DNA from: a virus
Lineage: Duplodnaviria; Caudoviricetes
Length of the DNA stretch: 53,304 nucleotides
Virus record (IMG/VR): IMGVR_UViG_3300028840_002576
Location: 1 to 53,304 of that record
Reading direction: 5' to 3' (one strand)
Of the stretch, positions 34,597 through 44,600 are shown one piece after another. A program made the position numbers and the translations under genes. The notes under the pieces are model-generated. The model saw only the letters and a program-made list of their open reading frames with translations, made no database searches and was not told where the DNA came from. Position 1 is the stretch's first letter. Each line of letters starts with the position of its first letter.

Positions 34597-35349
34597 ATGG
34601 CAAGCAAGGACGTATCAGACTATCGAGACGAGGTGAGCTTTTATATAAAGAACGCCACCAAATCAACAAATACAACCTTTATCGATAAACAAATAGTCCG
34701 GATCCTGCGTGACTTTTGCAAGGACACCTGGATCTGGCGCTATGATCTTACCGAAATAGACGTAGTCGCCGACCAGGCGAACTATACCTTATCACTACCC
34801 ACGACCGACGGCGCCGCAGAATTGGTAATGGTCGACTGGGTCAAGTACAAATCCGATGGGCTCGATGATGATCAATACACCTACGTCGAGCCTATTAATC
34901 TATTGACCGAAGAAATACCGTCAGGGACCTCGAAGTTCTCCGGTGGATTCGTGGAGAGCTCCGGGAACGCACCGCAAGTATTCTGGGTTGATCCTGACGA
35001 CACCCTATGGATCAAACCGACTCCGAATTCCACAGCAGCAGGCACCGCAAATATGAAGGTCAAAGTCATTGTTATGCCGGCATTGACCGCCACGAAGGCG
35101 CCGATCTTTCTATACAACGACTGGCTGGAAGTAATTGCAAAGGGAGTTGCCGCCAGGGTATGCAATATGGCCGGCGAGCGATGGTATGATCCGAAGCTTT
35201 CTGACAGGTATAGAATGCAGTACGAACAAGCCAAGACCGATGAGGCCGAGGCCCAGAGATGGCAGGGCAAGAACAGGAAGCAGATGGTCATCAGACCTCA
35301 TAAGGCTTACACCGGTGGGGCAAGATCATTTTCAAGGGGAGTCTTTTAA
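34597..35349 (+). CDS. Head-tail adaptor protein
   Basis: R.FC..T.IWR..L, L.I.PTP and W.E.IA.G..AR......WYDP motifs; position in the module. Confidence 0.75.
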   Translation: MASKDVSDYRDEVSFYIKNATKSTNTTFIDKQIVRILRDFCKDTWIWRYDLTEIDVVADQANYTLSLPTTDGAAELVMVDWVKYKSDGLDDDQYTYVEPINLLTEEIPSGTSKFSGGFVESSGNAPQVFWVDPDDTLWIKPTPNSTAAGTANMKVKVIVMPALTATKAPIFLYNDWLEVIAKGVAARVCNMAGERWYDPKLSDRYRMQYEQAKTDEAEAQRWQGKNRKQMVIRPHKAYTGGARSFSRGVF

Positions 35350-37856
35350 TGAACGAAGTCCCTCAAAAAAGATACTCGATTAACAGATCCGGATCCGCGC
35401 CGGCAGCCGGAGGAGTCAATACATATCACGACAAGCCTACCCTGGAGCTCGGAGGATATTCGAACGCTGAGAACGTCCGGATCCATGGTACAGCACTCGA
35501 GATGCGCGGAGGTCTCACGCCTCACAACAAGACAGCAGAGGCATCAGCTATAAATAACTTATATTCTTACAAATGTGATCGAAATGCAGCTATTAGCTTC
35601 TTTGCCCAGCTTGCCGATGGGGACGTTCTCGAAGCAGATGAGAAGCCACCGACAACCGCAGGGTCAAACGACTTTGGCGATGTTGTCATGGATTATAGCG
35701 CACTGAAGGGCAATGCCTCCGGGGCAACCTTGTTACCGGCATCCTTCGCAAAGAACGACGACACCTTGATACATTCAAATGGAATGATGCAGCATGTTAT
35801 CTGGCCAGGCCCAGATGCAGCGCCGAGAGCAGTCTACTGGCAGAACTCAGCAGCAACACCGGTCAGGGTCAATGATGGAGGGGTTGATTATAGCAACCTA
35901 TTGACCGACAACGAGAACACCGACGAGACCCCGACCTTGACGTATACCGTCGCGAACTATGACGGACTCTATATCTGTACTGACTTCAAGGCTAATTCAT
36001 TCACATTTAATCTTGGATCAGTGGTTGCCAATGGGACGACGACCGCAAAGATCCAGAGCTTTAACGGTACCGGATTCACAGACGCAACGACCGGGACCGA
36101 TGGAACCAGCGGCCTCCAGCAGGATGGAACCTTTACCTTTACCGCTGCGGCCGGGGAAGTTCCAACCTTCATGTTTGGTATGTCAGGATACTGGTATCGA
36201 CTATATATCAGCGCAGGCGATGCAACAGAAACACTTCGATTTGTCGAGGTCTCGTACACCGGGGCATGGCAGACGATCGAAAACGTGATGGACCATTATC
36301 CATATTCAGTTGTAGAGGTAGCGGTCGAAGGCGCCACAGCAGCAGAATACAGGACATATGCAGCCTCGGTTGTAGATATATCGAGCCTTCCAACAGGCGA
36401 CTATGTCTATGTCGCAACGACAGATATGGCGTGGGCTCTTCAATTCGACGTAGGATCAACACCGAATACCACCGCTTCCACAACTATATCCGCTGTGGAA
36501 TTGTGGACAAACGCCTCCGGGTGGGCCGCAGTATCGGGACTCGAGGACGGAACCGCTGGCATGTCTCAATCAGGGGTTGTATCCTGGATCCGATCTGATT
36601 ATGACAAGCAATCTTTTAATGGTTCAAGCAACCACCTATACTGGCTACGCTTCAAGTTTGATGATGATATATCAGCAGAAACAACCTTTGGCGTCCAGGC
36701 AATCAGTTATTTTGATATCGAGAATCTCGGGACGACAGGCCTAATATCGACATCGTGGAAGGATCGTGGCGTTTATTCCTTTGGAAAGTTCCCGAGAGAT
36801 TTATATGTGTCGAGAAAGAGCCGACCGAATATATTGAATGGAGATGACTTTGCGATCCTTTCACCTGGGGACGGCCGCAGGAACCCTGCAGTCGCTTGCC
36901 AATCATTCCATAATGAGCTCATGGTATGGCAACGGGAGGAAGGCACGCAGGGTGGATGCCTAACGGTATTCGAAGGTTATTCTCCGTCAACCTTTGGAAA
37001 GCTTGTGCTATCAACAAAAATAGGATCCTTTTCCCAGAAGTCAACCTGCATAATGGATGGAGCCCTATTGACGACCAGGACCGACGAGACGGCCCAGACG
37101 CTCGCATTTTTCATTTCTCATTATGGCGTGTTCATGTCTGATGGTCGAGTTGTCAAGATGATATCCGAACCGATACAGAATTATTTTGAGCCAGGACGGT
37201 CAGAGTGCATTACCCGGGGACAAGAGAATAAAATGTGGATAGGCATCGACTCTGCAAAGAAGGTCCTCCGGCTGGGACTGGTATCCGGATCCGGGGCAAC
37301 AAAGCCGAACGTATTCCCGGTCTATGATCTAATGTCCGGAATGTGGTCCTTTGATGTATTCCCGACAGGCGCCGACGGGACCGGTATATATCCGACCTGT
37401 TTCGCCGAGGTCGAGGCTAACTCTGGTGATATATTTAGTCTACAGTATATGGGCGATGACTACGGACGTGTATACAAAAGTGACAATTCAATCACCTATG
37501 ACCAGGCCAATGCAACGGCGGTCTATATTACATGCAAGACTCGTGCCGAATTCAGTAATGGCGGAAACCTCCTGGATCTCAGGGAAGTCACATTGAGAGG
37601 TGGAGCCAATTCGGATTACACCTTAACAAAGAAAATTTATGTCAATAACGTATTAGACTCGAATGAGACCGAGACCTTCACAATGTCAGATGCAGACTCC
37701 GGAAGCACATACCGCGAGCGCATACTCGAGAGGGCTTATACTGAATTCCATTTATCATTAGAGTTGTCCTGGGTGGATGCAGAAAGTGGAGGGAACGCCG
37801 CACCGTCAATGTATGATATTATATACGACCTCGGTGCAGAGCCGAAGAAACGGTAA
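35349..37856 (+). CDS. Tail tubular/nozzle (P22 gp10 / T7 gp12-like) protein
   Basis: 835 aa, beta-rich; N-terminal GG.N...A.NV; FF.SH.GVF.SDG..V..ISEPIQ; follows the adaptor. Confidence 0.75.
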   Translation: MNEVPQKRYSINRSGSAPAAGGVNTYHDKPTLELGGYSNAENVRIHGTALEMRGGLTPHNKTAEASAINNLYSYKCDRNAAISFFAQLADGDVLEADEKPPTTAGSNDFGDVVMDYSALKGNASGATLLPASFAKNDDTLIHSNGMMQHVIWPGPDAAPRAVYWQNSAATPVRVNDGGVDYSNLLTDNENTDETPTLTYTVANYDGLYICTDFKANSFTFNLGSVVANGTTTAKIQSFNGTGFTDATTGTDGTSGLQQDGTFTFTAAAGEVPTFMFGMSGYWYRLYISAGDATETLRFVEVSYTGAWQTIENVMDHYPYSVVEVAVEGATAAEYRTYAASVVDISSLPTGDYVYVATTDMAWALQFDVGSTPNTTASTTISAVELWTNASGWAAVSGLEDGTAGMSQSGVVSWIRSDYDKQSFNGSSNHLYWLRFKFDDDISAETTFGVQAISYFDIENLGTTGLISTSWKDRGVYSFGKFPRDLYVSRKSRPNILNGDDFAILSPGDGRRNPAVACQSFHNELMVWQREEGTQGGCLTVFEGYSPSTFGKLVLSTKIGSFSQKSTCIMDGALLTTRTDETAQTLAFFISHYGVFMSDGRVVKMISEPIQNYFEPGRSECITRGQENKMWIGIDSAKKVLRLGLVSGSGATKPNVFPVYDLMSGMWSFDVFPTGADGTGIYPTCFAEVEANSGDIFSLQYMGDDYGRVYKSDNSITYDQANATAVYITCKTRAEFSNGGNLLDLREVTLRGGANSDYTLTKKIYVNNVLDSNETETFTMSDADSGSTYRERILERAYTEFHLSLELSWVDAESGGNAAPSMYDIIYDLGAEPKKR

Positions 37857-39181
37857 TGAAGGATTATTCAAGAAAATCCTATATATCAACAAATCCTTAC
37901 CCGGAATACATGAAGGTCAATCCGAGTAAGGCAATCTGGAATACCATCCTTGAGGTGTACCCGTTCCTGTCAGAGTTTTCTCAGAGTCAATTGGGATCAT
38001 TCGATCGATCGGTTGAGGATTACCTGCGACAGTCGGAAAGGAAAAAGCCTTATAACGGCAGGCCATTCGAAATGATGGAGGACGAATTCGAGGGATTTCC
38101 AGGTATTTGGCCGGATCTTCCTCCAGGAGAATTCGACTTTCCATGGTCGACTCCGGGCAATTTACCAACCCCAGACACGTTTACCGGTGGCGCCGCTCAC
38201 TTCTCGGTCAATATCCAATACTGCTATTGCGAGGGCGGCGGACAAGAGGTGACGGCCAGGGGGTCCCAGAATATCCTATCAGTTTCTCCAGAGGTAGGAT
38301 CCATTGACGGAATAGTTGTGCAGAATGCAAGGACATGGGTATTCACATACACCGCTCCTGCGGAGGTATTCGGGGCAGTCGAATTCACTGTAAAGATGGT
38401 GGACCCTACAACAGGACTCGTCGGAAATGCGACTGACAGTATTATTAAATGCTCGACATCTTCATGCTGCGATGATGTCGACGAGATGACCTGGGATAGC
38501 TCAACGAGCGCATCAACGATCAATAGGGAAACAAGCGCAACGGTAGCGGTCCAGGACGGAAGAGGTACTTATACGTGGTCTGTTTCAGGTACCGACGTCA
38601 CCCTCGAGAACGAGACAACAACAGGGACATCCAATACCCTTATTGCCGGCGCCTCAGCGTGCGGAACGGCAGTAATAACGGTTGAGGATGGTTGCGAGAC
38701 GGTTGTTACCGGGGAGGTGCGAGTAGTCGAAGGGAGCTCATGGCAGCAGGAAGGCGGAGATCCTAATTGCTGTATGGGTGGGAATACCGCATACGCAGGC
38801 GGACCCCAGCCAGGAACAGGGTCATATACCCAGACGGTAACCTCTGGAGGAACAAGGCAGAGCGAAACAGTGGCAGGCCCTTCAACAGGAGGCGGATGTA
38901 CCAGTTGTGGGGCTGCGTGTGCGACTGGAGCGGATAATTTCTGTTTAACATGGGGGTCATATAGAAATAATAGTTCGCCGCTATGTTTTAATGGATTTTC
39001 AGGATACTACCCAACACTGCCTCAGTCATCTCCAGATGGATGTTACTGTGCGGATCACGGTGCGAGCCAGTGCGCCGGTGGATCAGGCAGGCAGTGTACG
39101 CCGGCAAACGAAACTGTTTATATAGCGCACAAATATGTTGTTACAAGCCAGGTATGCGAAAAATGGAAATGCAATCCATAA
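37856..39181 (+). CDS. Putative tail-associated protein with Ig-like region and Cys-rich C-terminus
   Basis: G.G.YTWSVSG Ig-like motif; about 20 Cys. Confidence 0.6.
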   Translation: MKDYSRKSYISTNPYPEYMKVNPSKAIWNTILEVYPFLSEFSQSQLGSFDRSVEDYLRQSERKKPYNGRPFEMMEDEFEGFPGIWPDLPPGEFDFPWSTPGNLPTPDTFTGGAAHFSVNIQYCYCEGGGQEVTARGSQNILSVSPEVGSIDGIVVQNARTWVFTYTAPAEVFGAVEFTVKMVDPTTGLVGNATDSIIKCSTSSCCDDVDEMTWDSSTSASTINRETSATVAVQDGRGTYTWSVSGTDVTLENETTTGTSNTLIAGASACGTAVITVEDGCETVVTGEVRVVEGSSWQQEGGDPNCCMGGNTAYAGGPQPGTGSYTQTVTSGGTRQSETVAGPSTGGGCTSCGAACATGADNFCLTWGSYRNNSSPLCFNGFSGYYPTLPQSSPDGCYCADHGASQCAGGSGRQCTPANETVYIAHKYVVTSQVCEKWKCNP

Positions 39182-39190
39182 GGGGGAATC

Positions 39191-39673
39191 ATGGGATTAT
39201 CGGATAAAAGATTTACAGAGATAGCGAATTTATTTAGCGTATTTACGTTCAGCATGATGCAGGGATTTGTGCAAATGTCTAACATGCTGAAAAAACATGG
39301 AATAAGACCGGAAGAGATTGACGAGTACGTTCAAGAAAACCGGGAAGCCATGAATCAGGGCGTAAATTTCAACAGGGATTACATGCAGGGAAAAATCAAA
39401 ATGAAGACATGCCCGAAGTGCGGCGGCGTTATGGAGCTCGAGACGGTTAATACGTGTAAAGGAAATCAGGTACCAGGCGGATTTAAAAGTGTCTATACCT
39501 GCTCGAGATATACAGAGTGCGGCCATCAGATGTTCAGTAAAAATTCAGTGGCAATTGAACAGTATAAACACTGGAAAAAGATCGGCGCATTTGATAAGTA
39601 TCGACAGAAGCGACAGAGGACGCACAACGGACCAGCGATCAATGTTGAGAAGGAAATGGCTAAAGTCAAATAA
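39191..39673 (+). CDS. Zn-ribbon protein
   Basis: CPKCGGVM...CSRYTECGH. Confidence 0.7.
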   Translation: MGLSDKRFTEIANLFSVFTFSMMQGFVQMSNMLKKHGIRPEEIDEYVQENREAMNQGVNFNRDYMQGKIKMKTCPKCGGVMELETVNTCKGNQVPGGFKSVYTCSRYTECGHQMFSKNSVAIEQYKHWKKIGAFDKYRQKRQRTHNGPAINVEKEMAKVK

Positions 39674-39676
39674 ATC

Positions 39677-39700
39677 ACGACATGATGTACATATTATAAG
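39677..39700 (+). promoter_or_regulatory. Class B motif upstream of the ejection-protein genes
   Basis: taaatcACGACATGATGTACATATTATAAG. Confidence 0.55.
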
Positions 39701-39720
39701 CTAATTACAGGAGTTAAAAA

Positions 39721-40629
39721 ATGGCAGATACATGGTATGAATCTAAATCAGCGCCGTCACCAAAAGGGGAGTTTACCCCCGTTAACGTCTCGCAATATAC
39801 AACGGGTGGAACGATGGACGACTACAAGGGATGGGGGACATCATACGGCGGGAACAGATCGACATCTTTTGCCCAGCCAAGAGCGGATTATTTGCAGCAA
39901 GCTATTGATATTTATGACAGATATAACCAACAGCAATCATCTCGTAGCTCTGGTGGGGATGGTGAGGTGTATGTAACTAATTACCCATCAACCTTTAAGA
40001 CCGGTCAATCCGCTGATGAGAATCTTGGACAGCGCGGAGGAGGCGCCTATACCAGGGGAGGGCAGCCGGCATTTCAGAGGACAATCCAGCCTCTTCAGGC
40101 GGTCGAAGTACCAGAGGCTCCAGAGTTCAAGGCAAGAAAATATAAGCCGCCAGAGGAAGATCCGAGAGTCTACTCGAAGGCCAGGGACGAAGCAATGGGT
40201 CCGGGCCTCCGGGCTCTGCGGGAAGGCACCAGGGAGGCGATCTCAACATCTCAATCTCTTGACAATCCGAATGCCAGAGGCCTTTTTATAAAACAGGCCC
40301 TCCAGGGCTACGGCTCAGGTCTCGAGGGCGTATCTTCCGCAGCCGGCAAGGAAGCCAGATCGGTTGCCGGCGCAAAGAGAGCAGAGCAGCTAAACATTTA
40401 CAATACAAAATACCAGGCCAGATCAGCGGCCGACAAAATAAATTATCAGGCTAAGGTTAACCAGATGGCCCAGGACTTCGCCCAGCAACAGCAAATAGCC
40501 CAGGCGAACTATCAGATGCAATTCAATACGGATCCTCGTTTTAAACTGCCCGGAGATACAGGGGCAACAGGAAGCAACTTCGTAAAGGGATTCGGATGGA
40601 AAAAAGCCACTGGTAACTTTTATATGTAA
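39721..40629 (+). CDS. Probable internal virion / ejection protein
   Basis: G/S/Q/A-rich helical composition; position after the nozzle gene. Confidence 0.6.
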   Translation: MADTWYESKSAPSPKGEFTPVNVSQYTTGGTMDDYKGWGTSYGGNRSTSFAQPRADYLQQAIDIYDRYNQQQSSRSSGGDGEVYVTNYPSTFKTGQSADENLGQRGGGAYTRGGQPAFQRTIQPLQAVEVPEAPEFKARKYKPPEEDPRVYSKARDEAMGPGLRALREGTREAISTSQSLDNPNARGLFIKQALQGYGSGLEGVSSAAGKEARSVAGAKRAEQLNIYNTKYQARSAADKINYQAKVNQMAQDFAQQQQIAQANYQMQFNTDPRFKLPGDTGATGSNFVKGFGWKKATGNFYM

Positions 40630-40640
40630 AGAGGATAAAA

Positions 40641-41597
40641 ATGGCAGCTAATTACTCAACAAACCCGACAAACCCCACAAATCAAAACGGCGGAGTGTTG
40701 CCGGCAGATATGCAGGGTCAACAAGGAATGGTACCTCCCCCGGGTGGCATGCAGAATCCCAAGAGTATTAGGGACTATGTTGCCGCAGCCAGGTCAGCTA
40801 AAGCAGTTCCTACGTTTACAAATGTTCCGGAAACGCCAGGATTCTTTATAGATGATAGGCAGCAGTCCGGAGCTATACCAGAGGGACCTCAGAGCGAATA
40901 CGAGTCAATACCTTTCGCCGAGCGTATCAAAATGGATCCATGGAAAAGAGCACAATCGAGAGTCCAGACAATGCTACCTGAACTATGGGAAGCAACCTTT
41001 CCTGGATACCAGCAGGGCGCCACGCTATCGAACGACCAGATGGCCCAGTGGAATAAGGTGGTCCAGAATTTAACCGCGAATCTAATTAAGCATTATGACA
41101 AGCAATTCGAATGGTCCATGAAAAACGAAATGAAGAACGCAGAGACCAGAGAGAAGGATAAGAAATTCTGGCAGTCGAAATTTGTCGATGCACAGTTGAG
41201 AGGACAGCCTGTACGGAAGCCAGACGGAAGCCCGATGACGGAGGCCGAGTTTGTCAATGAGAGATTATCCGCAGCAGATGAGATGAGATTCAAAGAGGAC
41301 GTTACTAAACAGGAAAGGATCTCGTCACAGGCAACGGAGAACCTGACTCCCGGAACCGTAACCAAGGCCATGAAGAAGAACCCTAATCTTGCCAGGGCGA
41401 TACGCCTGCAGATCCGGACCTTCGTGGAGGATGGCGTCGGCCGGAAGCTCAATGACGATGAATACCGGCAGCTAATGAAAAACCCGGATGCCCAGGACCT
41501 TATCAACGAGGCATCTAAGGACGCAGTTGATTATTACTCTGACAAGATCATGGAGGAGTTATCCGGAAAAACTCAGGGAATGGAAGTACCTGAATAA
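40641..41597 (+). CDS. Probable internal virion / ejection protein
   Basis: P/Q/M-rich N-terminus, helical; precedes the giant gene. Confidence 0.6.
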   Translation: MAANYSTNPTNPTNQNGGVLPADMQGQQGMVPPPGGMQNPKSIRDYVAAARSAKAVPTFTNVPETPGFFIDDRQQSGAIPEGPQSEYESIPFAERIKMDPWKRAQSRVQTMLPELWEATFPGYQQGATLSNDQMAQWNKVVQNLTANLIKHYDKQFEWSMKNEMKNAETREKDKKFWQSKFVDAQLRGQPVRKPDGSPMTEAEFVNERLSAADEMRFKEDVTKQERISSQATENLTPGTVTKAMKKNPNLARAIRLQIRTFVEDGVGRKLNDDEYRQLMKNPDAQDLINEASKDAVDYYSDKIMEELSGKTQGMEVPE

Positions 41598-41667
41598 CAG
41601 AAATCACGCACTATAACATCCAGAGTGTTAGCGTGCAACACTAAATCACTCTTTAGGGAGACAACAA

Positions 41668-44600
41668 ATGGCAGACGAAACACCGAAAATGGATTGGAGC
41701 ATTTTGCTTCAGGATGATGAACCAATTTCAGAAACACCGGCAGTACCAGAGTTGCCGGAACAACCCCAGCAGGAACAGACCTGGGGATCCATTGCTAATC
41801 AAGATTGGTCGGAAGTGGATCCGGTTGACCCTGCTATCCCCGCCGAGCCTGCGCCTTTTTCCTCTGAATATGAGGGGTGGAAGGCTATTAAGGAAGGCAC
41901 GAAAGCACTCCCTAAATATTTCTCTCAAATTCCAAAATCTATTCAAGAAACAAGGAAAGAACTGTTCGACAAGATTGGAGCAGTTGATCCGGTTGAAGCT
42001 ATGCCAGAGGGCGTTCAGGATTTTATGGGCGCCATTGATATAGCCAGAAACCCGCTGGCAGGCCTCGGCAAGCTACTTTCCTATGGCGATGAGCAGGGCT
42101 TCTTTGATGCAGATCAGGATTACGCGAAACGCAAAGAGAATAAAGACACCTATACAAAATACTTTGAAGATCTCACCCAGATGGGACCCCAGACAATCCT
42201 GAACTATGTTGCTGGTGGTATCGGAGGATGGGCCGGCGTCGCAGCAACCGCAGGCGGCCAGATCTACGGTGGATCATATATGAATTTCCGTGAAAAAGGC
42301 AACACTCCCATGGAGTCCATGGCCCTTGCCCTCACCGACACAGCAATCCAGTTGCCGATTGAAGTCCTATTGACAACCGCTATTATCAAAGGTCCCAAGG
42401 GTGCGATGAACCTCGGCAAAAAGCTTCCAGGTGGAAATAAGATATTTACAAATATCGAGAAGGGCCTCAAGACAAAATTTAAGAACGGCGAGAAGTTCGC
42501 CCAGTTTGCGGACAGCTATGCCGGTAGAATTCTCGGCGGTGGTATGGCAGAAGGAGCCGAGGAATTCGTCCAGAGTCTCTCCGGGATCCTGACGGAGCTC
42601 GCCGGCCAGTGGCTTCGAGACGAAGAGATTACCGCGGAAGGAATACGAAAACTCATCAAAGAGAAAACATCAGAGGGCCTATGGTCCGCTCTGGTTGCAT
42701 TCCCCCTCGGTGGTCTCGGTGGTGGCGTTGGTAAAGTTCTCGAGCCAGTCAAGGACAAAAAGGATCCTAACGATAATATCATTCCTGATGCCGGCAAGCC
42801 TGCTATCAATCCGGATCCGGCGACTGAGAAAATCGATGCGGCCAATATCCTCGAGGAGGCCGGCAAGCGATGGCTGGAAGAGGAAGAGGCAGCCGCAGGA
42901 GCTCCCCCGGTAGATGAAACCCAGATAGAGATAGGTCCTGATACCGTTATCGGTGGACCCCAGGAGATCGGTCCGGACACGGTGATCGGTGGTCCCGCTC
43001 AAGACTTTTCAGTAATTGCTGAAGAGCCCGAAACCACTGAAAGATTCAGAGTTGAAACAACCCCGGATCATCCAGCCGCAGAGTTCTATGGCCTGAAAAA
43101 GGGCGATAAGAAACACGCCATATCTATTACAGATAAGGAATCCCCTGCATACAAAGCGACCTTTGTGGCCGAGATGGGCAAAGAGGATGTAGCTATCGCC
43201 AAGAAGGAAATGGAATTCCAGGCCGGCAAGCGCGACGAGGAAGGCTTTATTAATACCTGGATGGCTAACCCGGAAGCTCGGCCGTGGTGGGCATCAAAGC
43301 AGAAGCCGGTTGAATTGAAATCCTACAGCACAGACCTTGAGCAGATATATAACGACTCCATCATGCAGCGTGGGGACCTGAGCATGAGAGAGGAATCATA
43401 TGCAGTCAACAGCTTCAGGGAGTTAATTGAAGAAGATACAGGCGCATCAGACATTTATGGCGATGACTTTATATCTCAGATGAAGGATGAAGAGCTCCGT
43501 CCGGCCCAACGTGCTTGGAAAAATATAATCGAGAAATTTTTTGATCGACCTGTGTTCTATGTAAAAGAGAGCGAGGCCTCCAAGAATGACATGGCAAGTC
43601 CGGTAAAGCAATACAGGGCTGCAGCAAACCCAGTCCAGGGAGCAGTAATCTTATTCGACAACCAGACAGCGGCAAACGTCGGAAGCATGTTCCACGAACT
43701 AACCCACAACATGCGCAAGACAGCGCCACAACTTTACGGAAAGTTACACAAGTTTATCCAGGAGAACGTTGATAAACAGAGCGACGCATTCAAGAGGCTC
43801 GAGCGTGCGGTCAGGAAGGCCTATGGTGGGCGTGACCGTGAGGGACTAATTCAAGAGGAGATCAATACCGCTATCATTACGGACCTTGTAAAGGGTGACG
43901 TATTCCAGGGGGAATTGTTTCGTAAGCTAAAGGCCCAGGACCCCGGAACATTCGAACGCCTTGCAAAGCATATAAAAAATGCTCTCAAAAAATTAGTTGA
44001 ATACATTACCAGGCATAGGAACAAGCCAGGGTATGCAGCACTCCTGAACGATGTTAAAAAAGCGGAGAAAGAAATCGCAAACATCTTTGCAGAATTCCAG
44101 GCTGAAACGCAAAAGGGACCGTGGGTGAGAGGTATGTCGGTTGCAGCCATTAAAAGAAATTCTGAAACCCTTATGCTCGAGCTCAAGAAAGACCAGACAA
44201 TAAATAATAAATTCACCTCCAAGATGGTCGACACAATAAGCAAGAAATTACAGGGTACCGGTGACGCCGGCCAGATGAGAGCGACAATAGAATCATGGAT
44301 CATGAAGGGCGAGATCAAGGAAGAGGAGTATCGATGGTCCGGGCTCGATGAATTCCTGATGTCCTGGGAATTGGCAAACGGCAAAAAGAAAATAACGAAA
44401 GACCGTATCCTGCAGCACATTGCCGAGAACGCCGTCCAGATCGAGGAGGATATTAGGTCAACCACAGGCGAAGATGTTGAGAAAATCGATATACCACAGG
44501 CGGAGGAGGATATCGCCAAGATAGAGTACTACCTGAAGGATTCGTATGGCATAACGCTGCGAAAGGAATTCAGGGGTAACAATCAACCATATTTCAATGA

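Noticed and set aside
37856-39181. Diversity-generating retroelement target
   Set aside because: No reverse transcriptase, and no adenine-variant template/variable repeat pair was noticed in the window.
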